A stretch of DNA of 64,000 nucleotides from Candidatus Saelkia tenebricola (GTDB taxonomy: Bacteria > Omnitrophota > Gorgyraeia > Kaelpiales > Kaelpiaceae): contig JAVCDA010000082.1 in the NCBI GenBank assembly GCA_030765145.1, positions 27,152-91,151 on the forward strand, read 5' to 3'. Under the pieces are notes generated by a model. That model worked only from the letters and a program-made list of their open reading frames with translations. It searched no databases and was not told the origin of the DNA. Both the position numbers and the translations under genes were made by a program. Numbering within the stretch: the first letter of the stretch is position 1; each line of letters opens with the position of its first letter. Of the stretch, positions 1 through 9,463 are shown piece by piece.

Positions 1-44
1 AACAATTAACAGAAAAGAAATAACTATTACCCTTGTTACCCCCA

Positions 45-263
45 TCAGTTCAAACTTCTAGTCAGTCTAATTTTTATTGTTAAAAGCTCCTCATAAACCT
101 GATCAAGCTTCTTAAGCACTTGCTCTTGTTTTAAAATAAGACCGTCTATTTTGTCTCCCAGAGTAAGCTTGCCAGCTGCTACTGCAGTACCGGTTAAATT
201 ATAGAAAACACCAATCATGAATATAACCGCTAATATGAACAATATAACTTTAAATTTTCTCAT
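45..263 (-). CDS. small hypothetical membrane protein (one TM helix plus a coiled-coil tail)
   Basis: 72-aa ORF with a hydrophobic N-terminus (ILFILAVIFMIGVF) followed by a charged helical tail; overlaps the GH57 stop by 14 nt; no recognisable family. Confidence 0.3.
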   Translation of the reverse strand: MRKFKVILFILAVIFMIGVFYNLTGTAVAAGKLTLGDKIDGLILKQEQVLKKLDQVYEELLTIKIRLTRSLN

Positions 264-1863
264 TCGCTATAACCTCCTTTTTTTCGGAGTACATTCTGAA
301 GTTTATATTAGGGAAAATATTGTCTTTTTGCTCCACGAATTCTAAATATTTCTCATCTATGTGACCTTGCGTTACCTGCTGCCAAAGCCGGGAAAATCTA
401 GAAAGATGTTCTGTTATTCTTTTTTCGGCGTAGTCAACATGAGTTCCTGTCTTCATAATAAACGCCCAATCGCTGGATTGAGCAAGCAAAAGCTCTCTAG
501 CCATCTGATTCAGAGCCCTTTCCATTACCCCATAAGCATTTTGATTGCCAGCCACTATATCTACCATTCTATCAGCTGCCTTGTGTAAATGCCTATAAAC
601 CCAATCATTTGCTCCATTGAGCCAAAATTCGCTGTACCCTTTCCAACCCCAGCTGGAAAATGACGGTGTGATAACCTGATTTTTAGGATATCTTTTTAAA
701 TAATCCCCCGGAGTTATAAGTGTAACGGTATTCTGATCAAAATGTATTTTCTTAATCAAAAATTCCAGAAATTGCGGACCTTCAAACCACCAATGTCCGA
801 ACAACTCTGCATCATAAGGGGCTAACACCATTGGTTCTCTATCCATTTTCGAGGATAAAAACTCTATTTGCTTTTCTCTGTTAAACATAAAATTTCCAGC
901 ATGAGATGCAGTTTTTTCACGCGCTTTATTAAAATCATAGGGCTGTTTATGAGGAGTCTTTCCTGTTATACGATAATATTTAATACCTGTATTACACCTG
1001 GTGCCATCGGAATTTATATAAGGTTTTATATAGTCATAATCTAAGTCGTATCCTATATCTCTGTAAAACTCTCGGTAATCATGATCTCCAGGATAACCCT
1101 GCACCGCACTCCAAACAGATTTAGAGCTTTCTATATCCCTTCCGAAACAAGCTACACCGGATTTACAAAAATATCCGGAATAAACTCCATAGCGAGGCCT
1201 GGGTGTTGCAAAAAGAACTCCATGTGTATCGAGAATAAAATATCTTATACCTTCCTCTTTCAATATCAAATCATCGCCCGGATTATAACCGCACTCTGGA
1301 AGCCATATCCCCTGAGGAGACCTGTCGAATATTTCGCGATAAGTTTCAACCCCCGTCCTTACCTGAGCTCTAACTGATGCACGGTTTTTCATTAAAGGCA
1401 AAAATCCATGCGTAGCCCCGCAAGTTATAATTTCAAGATACCCTTTATCCTGAAATTCTTTAAAAGCACGTAAAATATTTTTTTGGTATTTATTTAAAAA
1501 CACTTCTTTAGCTCTTATAAACTGACCATAATACTCTTTTGCTAAACTATTAAATTCCGGCATAAATCTTGTCCTATCAACCTCTTTTTGAGCAAGCTCA
1601 ATCAATTTATCTAAATGACGTAAATATCTATCCTGCAGTAATTCATCTCTAAGCATGCTTGCTAAAGTAGGAGTGATTGACATTGTAATCCTAAAACTTA
1701 CTCCTTCATTTACAAGATTCTGAAACATCTCAATCAAAGGGATATATGTTTCAGTAATAGCTTCGTATAGCCAGCGTTCTTCTAAAAACTCATCATACTC
1801 CGGGTGTCTTACAAAAGGTAAATGAGCATGTAGAACAATCGAAAGATATCCTTTTTTCTGCAT
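250..1863 (-). CDS. glycoside hydrolase family 57 protein, 1,4-alpha-glucan branching enzyme-like
   Basis: N-terminus GYLSIVLHAHLPFVRHPEY matches the GH57 catalytic-domain start; its 537 aa is typical of GH57 branching enzymes. Confidence 0.85.
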   Translation of the reverse strand: MQKKGYLSIVLHAHLPFVRHPEYDEFLEERWLYEAITETYIPLIEMFQNLVNEGVSFRITMSITPTLASMLRDELLQDRYLRHLDKLIELAQKEVDRTRFMPEFNSLAKEYYGQFIRAKEVFLNKYQKNILRAFKEFQDKGYLEIITCGATHGFLPLMKNRASVRAQVRTGVETYREIFDRSPQGIWLPECGYNPGDDLILKEEGIRYFILDTHGVLFATPRPRYGVYSGYFCKSGVACFGRDIESSKSVWSAVQGYPGDHDYREFYRDIGYDLDYDYIKPYINSDGTRCNTGIKYYRITGKTPHKQPYDFNKAREKTASHAGNFMFNREKQIEFLSSKMDREPMVLAPYDAELFGHWWFEGPQFLEFLIKKIHFDQNTVTLITPGDYLKRYPKNQVITPSFSSWGWKGYSEFWLNGANDWVYRHLHKAADRMVDIVAGNQNAYGVMERALNQMARELLLAQSSDWAFIMKTGTHVDYAEKRITEHLSRFSRLWQQVTQGHIDEKYLEFVEQKDNIFPNINFRMYSEKKEVIANEKI

Positions 1864-3087
1864 TTATGCCTCTTTGGTTGTACTTCTGTTAACTTTAATA
1901 TCAATTTTTCTTTTATCCACACCATCACTAGATGTAGCATAAATTGGTATATCTTGTGAACCATCAGGAAGAGCAAATCGTAAACTAAAACTTCCATCAG
2001 AATTCAATTTTACAACTTCACCCCGTACAGTTACTTTTGCATCCGGTTTTGTAGCTCCGTAAATTATCAGTTCTGCATCTGCAACGAGCCAAAATCCTCT
2101 TCTGCTTTCTTCCTGCTGCATCCAACTAGAAATGCTACCTGAAAATCCTGAGGAAATAATTTCTTCAAACCGTTTTTTAAACAACTCTTGTATCTCCTGA
2201 GATCCTTTACCTATTCCATATCCACCTGCAAGACCAAACATTTTCCAGTACTCTTCTTCTGAAATCATCCACTCTTCATCCGTAATATCCGACATACCAT
2301 AACGAGGAGTTGCAACTGTATTAGAACGAATTAAGGAGTAGAATTTACCCTTTAATGTTCTTAATCCTATTTCAGCACAAAAACTCCTCCCAGGCTGATT
2401 TACATGAAGATACCAATTCTTAATAAAAGGGGCCAATTCAATATCAAAGAAGCTGTTAGCATTATTTCCATTAAAATCTGCAATATCAGTAATATCATAA
2501 ACTCTCAAAACTTCCTTTGCCATTTTATCTGAAACCTGAGACCTAACATAATCCCATCTTTCAGATGTAATCTCCCAGTAACCATACAACCACCAGGGGT
2601 CTCTGACCAAAAGAACAAAACCATCTTCTTCATACCTTTGAGGAATTTCTATTACTTCTTGACTTTGAACAGCTACACTTTGCGTTTGAGACTCTGGAGA
2701 ATGCTTCCCAGAACCCGTATCAAATTTAGTGGCTTCTACATACTCCTGCTCAAAAACAATAGCAGCTTTATCGACAGATTTCTTTTTGCGAACAACAGGT
2801 TTTTTCTTCAAGATAGATATTTTAGATTTTGTTTTAGCTTTGGTTTTAGTTTTAGCTTCTGCTGTAATTTTAGTTTTAACTTTTGCTTTATTACTACCAG
2901 ATTTCGCTATAGTTTTTTTAACTGTAGAAACCTTTTTTTTATCTGCCTTTTTGACAGATTTAAGAAGCACACTTATCAGTTCTTCTTTTTTCATACCGGT
3001 TGTTTTTGAAATACGTTCCTTTTTGGCTAAGGCTAAAAGATCTTCTTTTTTTAATTTCTGAAGTTCTTTTTTATCCATTTTAAACAC
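1864..3087 (-). CDS. DUF4912 domain protein with an N-terminal Rho_N/SAP-like domain and a Lys-rich linker
   Basis: N-terminus KKELQKLKKEDLLALAKKERISKTTGMKKEELISVLL resembles the Rho termination factor N-terminal domain. A KTK/KAK low-complexity linker follows. The C-terminus LLVRDPWWLYGYWEI is typical of DUF4912, which is commonly encoded next to GH57 genes. Confidence 0.65.
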   Translation of the reverse strand: MFKMDKKELQKLKKEDLLALAKKERISKTTGMKKEELISVLLKSVKKADKKKVSTVKKTIAKSGSNKAKVKTKITAEAKTKTKAKTKSKISILKKKPVVRKKKSVDKAAIVFEQEYVEATKFDTGSGKHSPESQTQSVAVQSQEVIEIPQRYEEDGFVLLVRDPWWLYGYWEITSERWDYVRSQVSDKMAKEVLRVYDITDIADFNGNNANSFFDIELAPFIKNWYLHVNQPGRSFCAEIGLRTLKGKFYSLIRSNTVATPRYGMSDITDEEWMISEEEYWKMFGLAGGYGIGKGSQEIQELFKKRFEEIISSGFSGSISSWMQQEESRRGFWLVADAELIIYGATKPDAKVTVRGEVVKLNSDGSFSLRFALPDGSQDIPIYATSSDGVDKRKIDIKVNRSTTKEA

Positions 3088-3090
3088 CTC

Positions 3091-4101
3091 CTATATCCTT
3101 AAATCTTTTAAGATATCTCTATCTTTAGATTTGGTTTTTAAGATTGATTCTCCATTCCTCGATACAACTTTAATATCCACTTGTTCTATATTACCTACTT
3201 TACAGTAAGAAACAACTATTTCAGATAAATTTAGTATTCTATCTTCAAAACCAATTCCCACCGCAAGAGCTGATGGCCCAGGGATATTTAAAGGCATTAA
3301 AAATACATCTAAATCCTTATTGAAAAACTGCTCTAAATTATTATTTTCTGTTTCATCTCTACCTACTATAAATTTTAAACTCTCTGACATCCTAAAATGT
3401 CTTCCTAATTTAAGTAAAGATATGTCCCGAAGAGTAAAATCAGGTTTGTATTCCATCAAATCTTTTAACCGCCTGCTAAACCCAGGGTCTGTAAGCAAAC
3501 ACCCTCCACTAGGGGTAGGATAATCAACTATTTCGTACTCAGATGCCAGCTCCATCTGTTTCTTCCTAGAGCGACCCTGAATACTAAAGAGTTTATCTCT
3601 ATCAACCCAGCCTTCTTTTTCAGGATGAGTTTCAGGCATCAGTTTTGCAGAAAGCGGACGTAAAATACTGCCTTCAAGATCAGACTCTTTTTCTATCAAA
3701 TCTAGCGCTCCCCTATTCTGCGACATCGGCCTTTCACCCAATACTTCGCCCGTTACTAAGTATGCCGCATTAAATTTTGACATATATTTTTTGGCCTCTT
3801 TAAACATAAAAACTTTACAATCTATACATGGATTCATGTTTTTACCATATCCATGCTTAGGATTTTTTAAAATAGGTAAATAATCCTCTTTGACTTCTAT
3901 AATACGAAGCACACTATTAAACACTTCAGCTGTAATTTGTCCTAACTTTGACTTCATTTTACATTCTAAATCTTTATCTATGCAAGTGCAAAATGGTATA
4001 TGGAAATAAATTATCTCCAACGGAACCCCTGCATTATGAAGAACTTTCCCCGCCAGAATTGAATCTAACCCGGATATAAGTAGCAAACCTTTTTCTTTCA
4101 T
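3091..4101 (-). CDS. PP-loop ATP pyrophosphatase superfamily protein (LarE/ThiI/MnmA-like putative sulfurtransferase)
   Basis: N-terminal LLISGLDS is a degenerate SGGxDS PP-loop; downstream NPCIDCK is a Cys pair in the position of the catalytic or Fe-S cysteines of LarE/MnmA-type thiolases; 336 aa. Confidence 0.45.
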   Translation of the reverse strand: MKEKGLLLISGLDSILAGKVLHNAGVPLEIIYFHIPFCTCIDKDLECKMKSKLGQITAEVFNSVLRIIEVKEDYLPILKNPKHGYGKNMNPCIDCKVFMFKEAKKYMSKFNAAYLVTGEVLGERPMSQNRGALDLIEKESDLEGSILRPLSAKLMPETHPEKEGWVDRDKLFSIQGRSRKKQMELASEYEIVDYPTPSGGCLLTDPGFSRRLKDLMEYKPDFTLRDISLLKLGRHFRMSESLKFIVGRDETENNNLEQFFNKDLDVFLMPLNIPGPSALAVGIGFEDRILNLSEIVVSYCKVGNIEQVDIKVVSRNGESILKTKSKDRDILKDLRI

Positions 4102-4136
4102 AGAGTTATTTTAGATTGAAACCTCCAAAAAGAACA

Positions 4137-4706
4137 CTATTTTATCTGAAGCTTTTTGTTGAGATTCACTTCCACATATTCAGACAAAACTTCTTGAACT
4201 TTGGCTGGAGGCAATATAACAAAATAATGGCTAACAATCACCTGAGCCATTTCATGAGCCAAAATACCCGGCTTTAAGCCTTCCTTGGTAATATATATCG
4301 TATTTTCCTCATTATGATAAAACGACTCTGTCTCAAGCTCTTGATCAAATCGCTCCGAAAACACTTTTTCTAATTCCTCTTTATTAGAGCAAATCTTTAT
4401 ATCACCGTGGTAACTGTAAAGATGTATGTCTAAAATATCCGATACCTCAGTAAAAAGATCATCTACATTTTCAGCCAAAATATCTTCCGGATCACCGCCC
4501 GGAACTATAGATTTGTTTGCATCTTGATAGAGATAAAAAACACCTCCAATTTGAATATCATAGGCAATACCCAGGGGATCTACCCCATCTTGATAGTATA
4601 TGGTGAAATAATCGCTATCACATCTATGAGGAAAATCCATAGGGTAGGCACGGCATAGAGGAGTTAAAAAAAACAACGGCAAAACTAAAAGCGTTATTTT
4701 CCTCAT
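4137..4706 (-). CDS. hypothetical secreted protein or lipoprotein
   Basis: Cleavable-looking signal peptide MRKITLLVLPLFFLTPLCRA; no recognisable catalytic motif (HEMAQ is not an HExxH site). Confidence 0.45.
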   Translation of the reverse strand: MRKITLLVLPLFFLTPLCRAYPMDFPHRCDSDYFTIYYQDGVDPLGIAYDIQIGGVFYLYQDANKSIVPGGDPEDILAENVDDLFTEVSDILDIHLYSYHGDIKICSNKEELEKVFSERFDQELETESFYHNEENTIYITKEGLKPGILAHEMAQVIVSHYFVILPPAKVQEVLSEYVEVNLNKKLQIK

Positions 4707-4718
4707 GAAAACTTAAAG

Positions 4719-5294
4719 TTAGACATTAAAACGGCTGAGATTCTCTTTTATTTTTTTAACTTTCTCTTCTAGCACATCTTGCCCATCTTGACTTAAATCA
4801 CCCTTAGAAATCACATCTTCAAGTTCATCAAGACTGGATTTAAGTTCTGTAATATAAAATCTCAGTTTTGCTTTCATGCGCCTCAGAGAATCAGCGATAT
4901 TTTGCAGCTGATCTTTACCTCTAAGTTTAAAATCCGAACTTAAATCACCTTCTTCAATCATTTCAAACTCCTTTTTCAACCTGTACAAAGGCCCGGCAAT
5001 TTTGTGAGAAATAAAGAGAGTAAGCATGATTGAAAAAAAACTAATTAGAACAGTTACAATGATTACAGTCTGAATAAGTATCGGTCTAATAAAATCCGCA
5101 GTTGTCTTAACTACTGCTTTTGTGTTCTCAAACCCAACAGTTGTCGTACGCGATGCCGTAATATAAAGCAATGATACAGTAATCAAAGAACCTACAATTA
5201 CAAGTAAACAAAATTTGACTATAAACTGAGTCTGAAATTTTTTGTCTATGAAATAGATACGCCTCTTGTTACCTGCCATATCAACACCTCCCAA
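4719..5294 (-). CDS. HAMP-domain membrane protein
   Basis: Two TM helices followed by a HAMP-like amphipathic segment (AGPLYRLKKEFEMIEEGDLS...) and a coiled coil; no output domain. Confidence 0.45.
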   Translation of the reverse strand: MGGVDMAGNKRRIYFIDKKFQTQFIVKFCLLVIVGSLITVSLLYITASRTTTVGFENTKAVVKTTADFIRPILIQTVIIVTVLISFFSIMLTLFISHKIAGPLYRLKKEFEMIEEGDLSSDFKLRGKDQLQNIADSLRRMKAKLRFYITELKSSLDELEDVISKGDLSQDGQDVLEEKVKKIKENLSRFNV

Positions 5295-5415
5295 TGAACA
5301 TTAGACATTATTCGTTTGCGAACTATCCCCTCTGATTCGCAAAGCAAACCAAATATACGGGGATACATTACCATTATCCCCATCAGGGATTACCGCATAA
5401 TCAATAAGCATATTG

Positions 5416-5997
5416 CTATTTGTTCAACAATAACTCTTGATCAATATTGATTACTGATTCCTCTCTAACCTCTTGAAGCCAGTCGTTTAAAACTTGGGCC
5501 TGCTTTTTACGCAATATCTGCCACTGAATCTGACTATAGGTTTCAGTCAAAGGCTTATCGCTAAGACCTTCTGCGATCATCTGATTATATTTATCGTTAA
5601 TTTCCTGTTCACTAACTTTAACCCGAGATGCAAGTTCTTTAGATTTTAAATCAATAATAAGTTTAAAAAGCAGCTGTTCATAGTAATGCTGAAGAGAATT
5701 CAAAAATTCTTTGCTCTTATGCAATCCTACCTTCTCGGCCTCTTGCAATACAAGCTTTTTGCTCACCAACGCTTCTAACACCCCTTCTCTCACATCAACA
5801 TTATCTTCTCGGCCCACATTCATCTCTTGGAAATAGTCCTCGAACTCTTCTTTCGTCATAGTAAAATTGTTGATTTGCATAGCAAATTCTTCCTTAACAA
5901 AATAACCCTTGCCAAGATAAAACCCGACAACCAAAACCACTAAAACCAGCATAATGATAATTATATTCTTCATTTTACCCATCCTTTTTCTTTTCAA
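5416..5997 (-). CDS. SurA N-terminal-domain-like periplasmic chaperone protein
   Basis: Signal-anchor N-terminus followed by a helical domain resembling the SurA_N / PpiD N-terminal chaperone module; 193 aa, no PPIase domain. Confidence 0.4.
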   Translation of the reverse strand: MKRKRMGKMKNIIIIMLVLVVLVVGFYLGKGYFVKEEFAMQINNFTMTKEEFEDYFQEMNVGREDNVDVREGVLEALVSKKLVLQEAEKVGLHKSKEFLNSLQHYYEQLLFKLIIDLKSKELASRVKVSEQEINDKYNQMIAEGLSDKPLTETYSQIQWQILRKKQAQVLNDWLQEVREESVINIDQELLLNK

Positions 5998-6093
5998 TAT
6001 ATAGCTTTTTATTGACTTTTACCACTAAAAAACATCTGGTCAAATCTCCAACACTTATATATACTTAGATGCTCGATTATAATTTACTATTTG

Positions 6094-6122
6094 TTGACTT
6101 CAAGAAACATTTATTGTAAATT
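6094..6122 (+). promoter_or_regulatory. candidate sigma70 promoter for tRNA-Ala
   Basis: TTGACT (6094-6099), 17-nt spacer, TAAATT (6117-6122), ending 10 nt upstream of the tRNA 5' end. Confidence 0.35.
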
Positions 6123-6132
6123 TTAAACAATC

Positions 6133-6204
6133 GGGGCTGTAGCTCAGTGGGAGAGCACTACGCTGGCAGCGTAGTGGCCGAGGGTTCGAATCCCTCCAGC
6201 TCCA
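6133..6204 (+). tRNA. tRNA-Ala (anticodon GGC)
   Basis: Cloverleaf with acceptor stem GGGGCUG/CAGCUCC including the G3:U70 Ala identity pair; anticodon loop CUGGCAG; T-loop GGTTCGAATCC; no encoded CCA. Confidence 0.85.
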
Positions 6205-6215
6205 TAAAAAAAGAT

Positions 6216-7613
6216 ATGAAAAAAATCGGCTTTCTTCTTTTAGCTATTCTATCTCTCTTTGGTTCTAATTTATTTGCCGAAGAGATTTTAATCCTTCCTA
6301 TTCAGGGTGTAATTGATTTAGGTCTTTCCACATTCGTTAAAAGAGCAATTAAAGATGCAGAGGCTCAAAATATTTCAACAATAATATTAGAGATGGATAC
6401 TCCCGGGGGCAGAGTCGATGCAGCGGATATTATCTGTGAGGCTTTATTAGAATTCAAAGGTAAAACCGTAACTTTCATATTAAACCAAGCCTGGTCTGCA
6501 GGGAGTATGATTTCTTTTGCAACTGATGAGATTATAATGCGTCCGGCATCAAGTATCGGTTCTGCCGAGCCAAGAATGGGCTTATCAAACCAGGAAATTA
6601 AAGATGAAAAAATAGTCTCCGCTTTAAGAGCACGGTTTAAAGCGATTGCCGAGGAAAAAAACCACAACCCCGCATTAGCTCAGGCAATGGTAGATAAGGA
6701 TTTGGTTGTAAAACAGGTTTTAGTTAAAAATAAAGAATTCATCCTTACACAGCAAGATATGGATGAAATCATGGCAAGGAAAGGAAAAAGAAATATTAAA
6801 ATAATTTCAGTTATATCTGAGGAAGGAAAGCTTCTGAATTTAACTGCGAAAGACAGCCAAAAATACGGCTTATCTAAAGCGATTTGCCAGGATAGAGAAA
6901 CAATGCTGGCTTATTTAGAAAAAGAAGGTGCAAAATTAATCGAAAAAAGTCCAACCTGGTCAGAAAATATTGTTCGACTTATAACCCACCCTGTAGCTTC
7001 ATCGCTACTTTTAGGAATCGGGTTCTGGGCAATTATTTTAGCACTACGAATTCCCGGTTTAGGGCTTCCTGAAATCGTAGGCGTTTCATTTATTTTGCTT
7101 TTTTTCTGGGGACATAAACTTGCAGGATTAGCCCAATGGCTGGATTTATTCTTAATCATGATAGGAGTGATACTTATTTTCATTGAAATATTTGTTCTGC
7201 CCGGCTTTGGTATTACAGGAGGCTTAGGCATAACATGCCTTTTAGGCGGAATCATCCTAATTATGGTAAGGCATCCTATTTATCCTCCAATACAGGAGCT
7301 AAACAACGCAGGGAAAATTCTTTTTTCATCGTTTATCATTACAGCAATACTATTTTTAATGAGCTTTAAATTTCTTTCCAAATCAAAAGCATGGAAAAAT
7401 ATAGTTCTGGAACACAGAAGTGAAGCTAAGTTAGAACCTCAAGAAGTCACAGAAGATAGTGGCGTTGCGATTTCTGATTTACATCCTGCAGGAAAAGCTC
7501 AATTCGGAAATAAAATTTATGACGTCCAAACAGATGGAGAATATATTGATAGTGGAAAAAAAATAAAGATAATATCACATTTTGGTAATATAATAAAAGT
7601 GAGGCAATCATGA
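6216..7613 (+). CDS. NfeD-family membrane-bound ClpP-class serine protease (long form: protease domain, TM region, C-terminal OB domain)
   Basis: The ORF-track start at 6147 overlaps the tRNA; the first plausible start is ATG 6216 (MKKIGFLLLAIL signal). The N-terminal domain (ILPIQGVIDLG...ILEMDTPGGRVDAADIICEAL) matches NfeD/ClpP-like proteases. Multi-TM middle; C-terminal GVAISDLHPAGKAQFGNKIYDV is the NfeD OB-fold. Confidence 0.8.
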   Translation: MKKIGFLLLAILSLFGSNLFAEEILILPIQGVIDLGLSTFVKRAIKDAEAQNISTIILEMDTPGGRVDAADIICEALLEFKGKTVTFILNQAWSAGSMISFATDEIIMRPASSIGSAEPRMGLSNQEIKDEKIVSALRARFKAIAEEKNHNPALAQAMVDKDLVVKQVLVKNKEFILTQQDMDEIMARKGKRNIKIISVISEEGKLLNLTAKDSQKYGLSKAICQDRETMLAYLEKEGAKLIEKSPTWSENIVRLITHPVASSLLLGIGFWAIILALRIPGLGLPEIVGVSFILLFFWGHKLAGLAQWLDLFLIMIGVILIFIEIFVLPGFGITGGLGITCLLGGIILIMVRHPIYPPIQELNNAGKILFSSFIITAILFLMSFKFLSKSKAWKNIVLEHRSEAKLEPQEVTEDSGVAISDLHPAGKAQFGNKIYDVQTDGEYIDSGKKIKIISHFGNIIKVRQS

Positions 7614-8113
7614 CTATTTTAAGCGATATTTTCTCGATAATTTTAGGGCTACTAGGAGCAATATTTTTCTTTGCTATGGAATTGTTCGTAATCCCGGGTT
7701 TTGGAGTTATGGGGGTTTTGGGTGTTATTTTAATTGCAGCCACAACTTTTACAGCTTACAAAAATTTTGGCATTGAAGCAGGTTTTTATACTATTTTGGC
7801 CGGACTTTTACTCACCGGATTGGCATTTTATTATTTTACTAAAAAGAAACTATTTAAAAGAGCAACCCTTCAATATAGATTATCTAAAGAAGACGGATTT
7901 GCCATCAGGCAGCTCTTGCTTGAAGAATACATGGACAAAGAAGGCATAGCTTTAACAACCTTAAGACCTATCGGTATCGTTAAAATAGAGGATGAGAGAT
8001 TAGACGCAGTAGTTGAAGGATCTCTCTTTATAAAGAAAGATACTAAAGTCAAAGTTACAGACATTGACGGCAATAAACTAGTAGTTAAAAACTTAGAGGA
8101 GGTGGGAAAATGA
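7610..8113 (+). CDS. NfeD-family protein, short form (TM plus OB-fold only)
   Basis: Two TM helices followed by an NfeD beta-barrel signature ([32 protein letters not shown]); 4-nt overlap with the upstream gene. Confidence 0.7.
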   Translation: MTILSDIFSIILGLLGAIFFFAMELFVIPGFGVMGVLGVILIAATTFTAYKNFGIEAGFYTILAGLLLTGLAFYYFTKKKLFKRATLQYRLSKEDGFAIRQLLLEEYMDKEGIALTTLRPIGIVKIEDERLDAVVEGSLFIKKDTKVKVTDIDGNKLVVKNLEEVGK

Positions 8114-9099
8114 GTATGTTCATATTGTTTTTAATCATCTTTGGCGGTTTTTTCTTATTCGGATATTTAATTCCGGTAAGATTATGGATTGCAGCATTAG
8201 CAGCGGGAGTCAAAATCGGACTTTTCTCTCTTATCGGAATGAGGCTTAGGAAAGTCGACCCTAATACAATTGTACCTTCTTTGATTATGACTTATAAAGC
8301 AGGGCTTTCGGTAAACTCCAATCAGATGGAAGCTCATTTTTTAGCAGGCGGAAAGGTTTTAAATGTAATAAAAGCTCTTATTTCAGCAGATAAAGCAAAT
8401 ATCCCTTTGAGCTTTGAAAGAGCAGCTGCAATTGATTTAGCAGGAAGAGATGTTTTAGATGCTGTAAAAACATCTGTTAATCCTAAAGTAATCGACGCAC
8501 CAAAAGAAAACATGATTGCAGCAGTTGCAAAAGACGGAATCCAGGTGCTTGCCAAAGCACGGGTAACAGTGCGAGCTAATTTAGAAAGACTGGTTGGAGG
8601 AGCTACTGAAGAAACAATTATAGCAAGGGTTGGAGAAGGAATTGTTACAACAATCGGCTCATCTGCATCTTATAAGAATGTGCTTGAAAATCCGGATTCT
8701 ATTTCCAAAACTGTTTTAGGTAAAGGCTTGGATGCAGGAACTGCTTTTGAAATTTTATCAATTGATATTGCAGATATTGATATCGGTAAAAATATCGGCG
8801 CTCAACTGCAAACCGACCAGGCAGATGCTGATTTAAAGGTTGCTCAAGCTAAAGCAGAAACCCGACGTGCAATGGCCGTAGCGCAGGAACAGGAGATGAA
8901 AGCCCGCGTACAGGAGATGCAAGCAAAAGTTGTCGAAGCAGAAGCTCAAGTTCCTCTGGCAATAGCAGAAGCATTTAAAGCCGGAAATCTAGGGGTGTTT
9001 GACTATTATAAACTAAACAATATTCAGTCTGACACTAAAATGAGAACAAATATCGCAACCGATATAAAGCCGGAAGAAAAAGATAATAAAAAAATCTGA
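8110..9099 (+). CDS. floA: flotillin-like protein FloA (UPF0365/YqfA family, SPFH domain)
   Basis: N-terminus [46 protein letters not shown] and the roughly 330-aa length match the FloA family; 4-nt overlap with the upstream gene. Confidence 0.85.
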   Translation: MSMFILFLIIFGGFFLFGYLIPVRLWIAALAAGVKIGLFSLIGMRLRKVDPNTIVPSLIMTYKAGLSVNSNQMEAHFLAGGKVLNVIKALISADKANIPLSFERAAAIDLAGRDVLDAVKTSVNPKVIDAPKENMIAAVAKDGIQVLAKARVTVRANLERLVGGATEETIIARVGEGIVTTIGSSASYKNVLENPDSISKTVLGKGLDAGTAFEILSIDIADIDIGKNIGAQLQTDQADADLKVAQAKAETRRAMAVAQEQEMKARVQEMQAKVVEAEAQVPLAIAEAFKAGNLGVFDYYKLNNIQSDTKMRTNIATDIKPEEKDNKKI

Positions 9100-9458
9100 T
9101 GGACTTACTGATATTACTTTTTATAATTCTGTTCTGGGTTATAAGTCTGGTTTCTAAAATAAAAAAGAACCCGGAGCAAAATCAACTTGGAATACCGGAA
9201 GGATTCCCGATATTCCAGACCCCAATAAAACCGATTTTCATTGAACATACAAAAGTAGAATCTCACAAACAAGAATCTAAAACCACTCAAGAACTGAAAG
9301 AAAAAAAAATGGTAAAAAAAGAGGAAGCAATTTTAATCAAAGAAGTTAATGCAATTCATGCTAGAACAAACTTACAAGATATGTTAAAATTCGGGTCCTC
9401 TTTGAAAAAGGCAGTTGTTTTATCAGAAATACTGGACAAACCAGTTTCTTTACGTTAA
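9099..9458 (+). CDS. small membrane protein, last gene of the NfeD-FloA operon (YqfB-position analogue)
   Basis: N-terminal TM helix followed by a charged Lys/Glu-rich tail; its start codon overlaps the floA stop (TGATG). Confidence 0.4.
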   Translation: MDLLILLFIILFWVISLVSKIKKNPEQNQLGIPEGFPIFQTPIKPIFIEHTKVESHKQESKTTQELKEKKMVKKEEAILIKEVNAIHARTNLQDMLKFGSSLKKAVVLSEILDKPVSLR

Positions 9459-9463
9459 TTCAA

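Noticed and set aside
361-588. Opposite-strand ORFs nested inside well-supported genes (e.g. 361..588, 1081..1377, 2638..3061, 6365..6667, 6911..7255, 8334..8555, 14198..14407, 17986..18402, 21229..21423, 28994..29281, 31280..31642, 48485..48760, 54331..54528, 56816..57076, 58048..58320, 59104..59367, 60964..61215)
   Set aside because: All lie antisense to long ORFs with strong family signatures. They are short and show low-complexity or Ser/Leu/Phe-rich composition typical of AT-rich antisense frames, with no RBS or family signal.
4137-4706. HEMAQ motif in the secreted protein, considered as a zinc metalloprotease HExxH site
   Set aside because: The fifth residue is Gln, not His, and there is no downstream third ligand motif. 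It is not a zincin signature.
40-5382. Shared 9-mer CCCCATCAG near positions 40 and 5374
   Set aside because: A single short exact match between two intergenic spots is expected by chance in 64 kb of AT-rich sequence. There is no extended similarity around it.
5295-5415. Imperfect inverted repeat TTTGCGAA...TTCGCAAA in the 120-bp gap between the HAMP protein and the SurA-like gene, considered as a terminator or operator
   Set aside because: The 8-bp arms are separated by a 13-nt loop and have no adjacent T-run on the relevant strand. It is too weak to call.
6147-6215. ORF-track N-terminal extension of the NfeD gene (MGEHYAGSVVAEGSNPSS...)
   Set aside because: This segment is the 3' half of tRNA-Ala translated in frame. 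The real start is the downstream ATG at 6216, followed by a signal-peptide-like MKKIGFLLLAIL.
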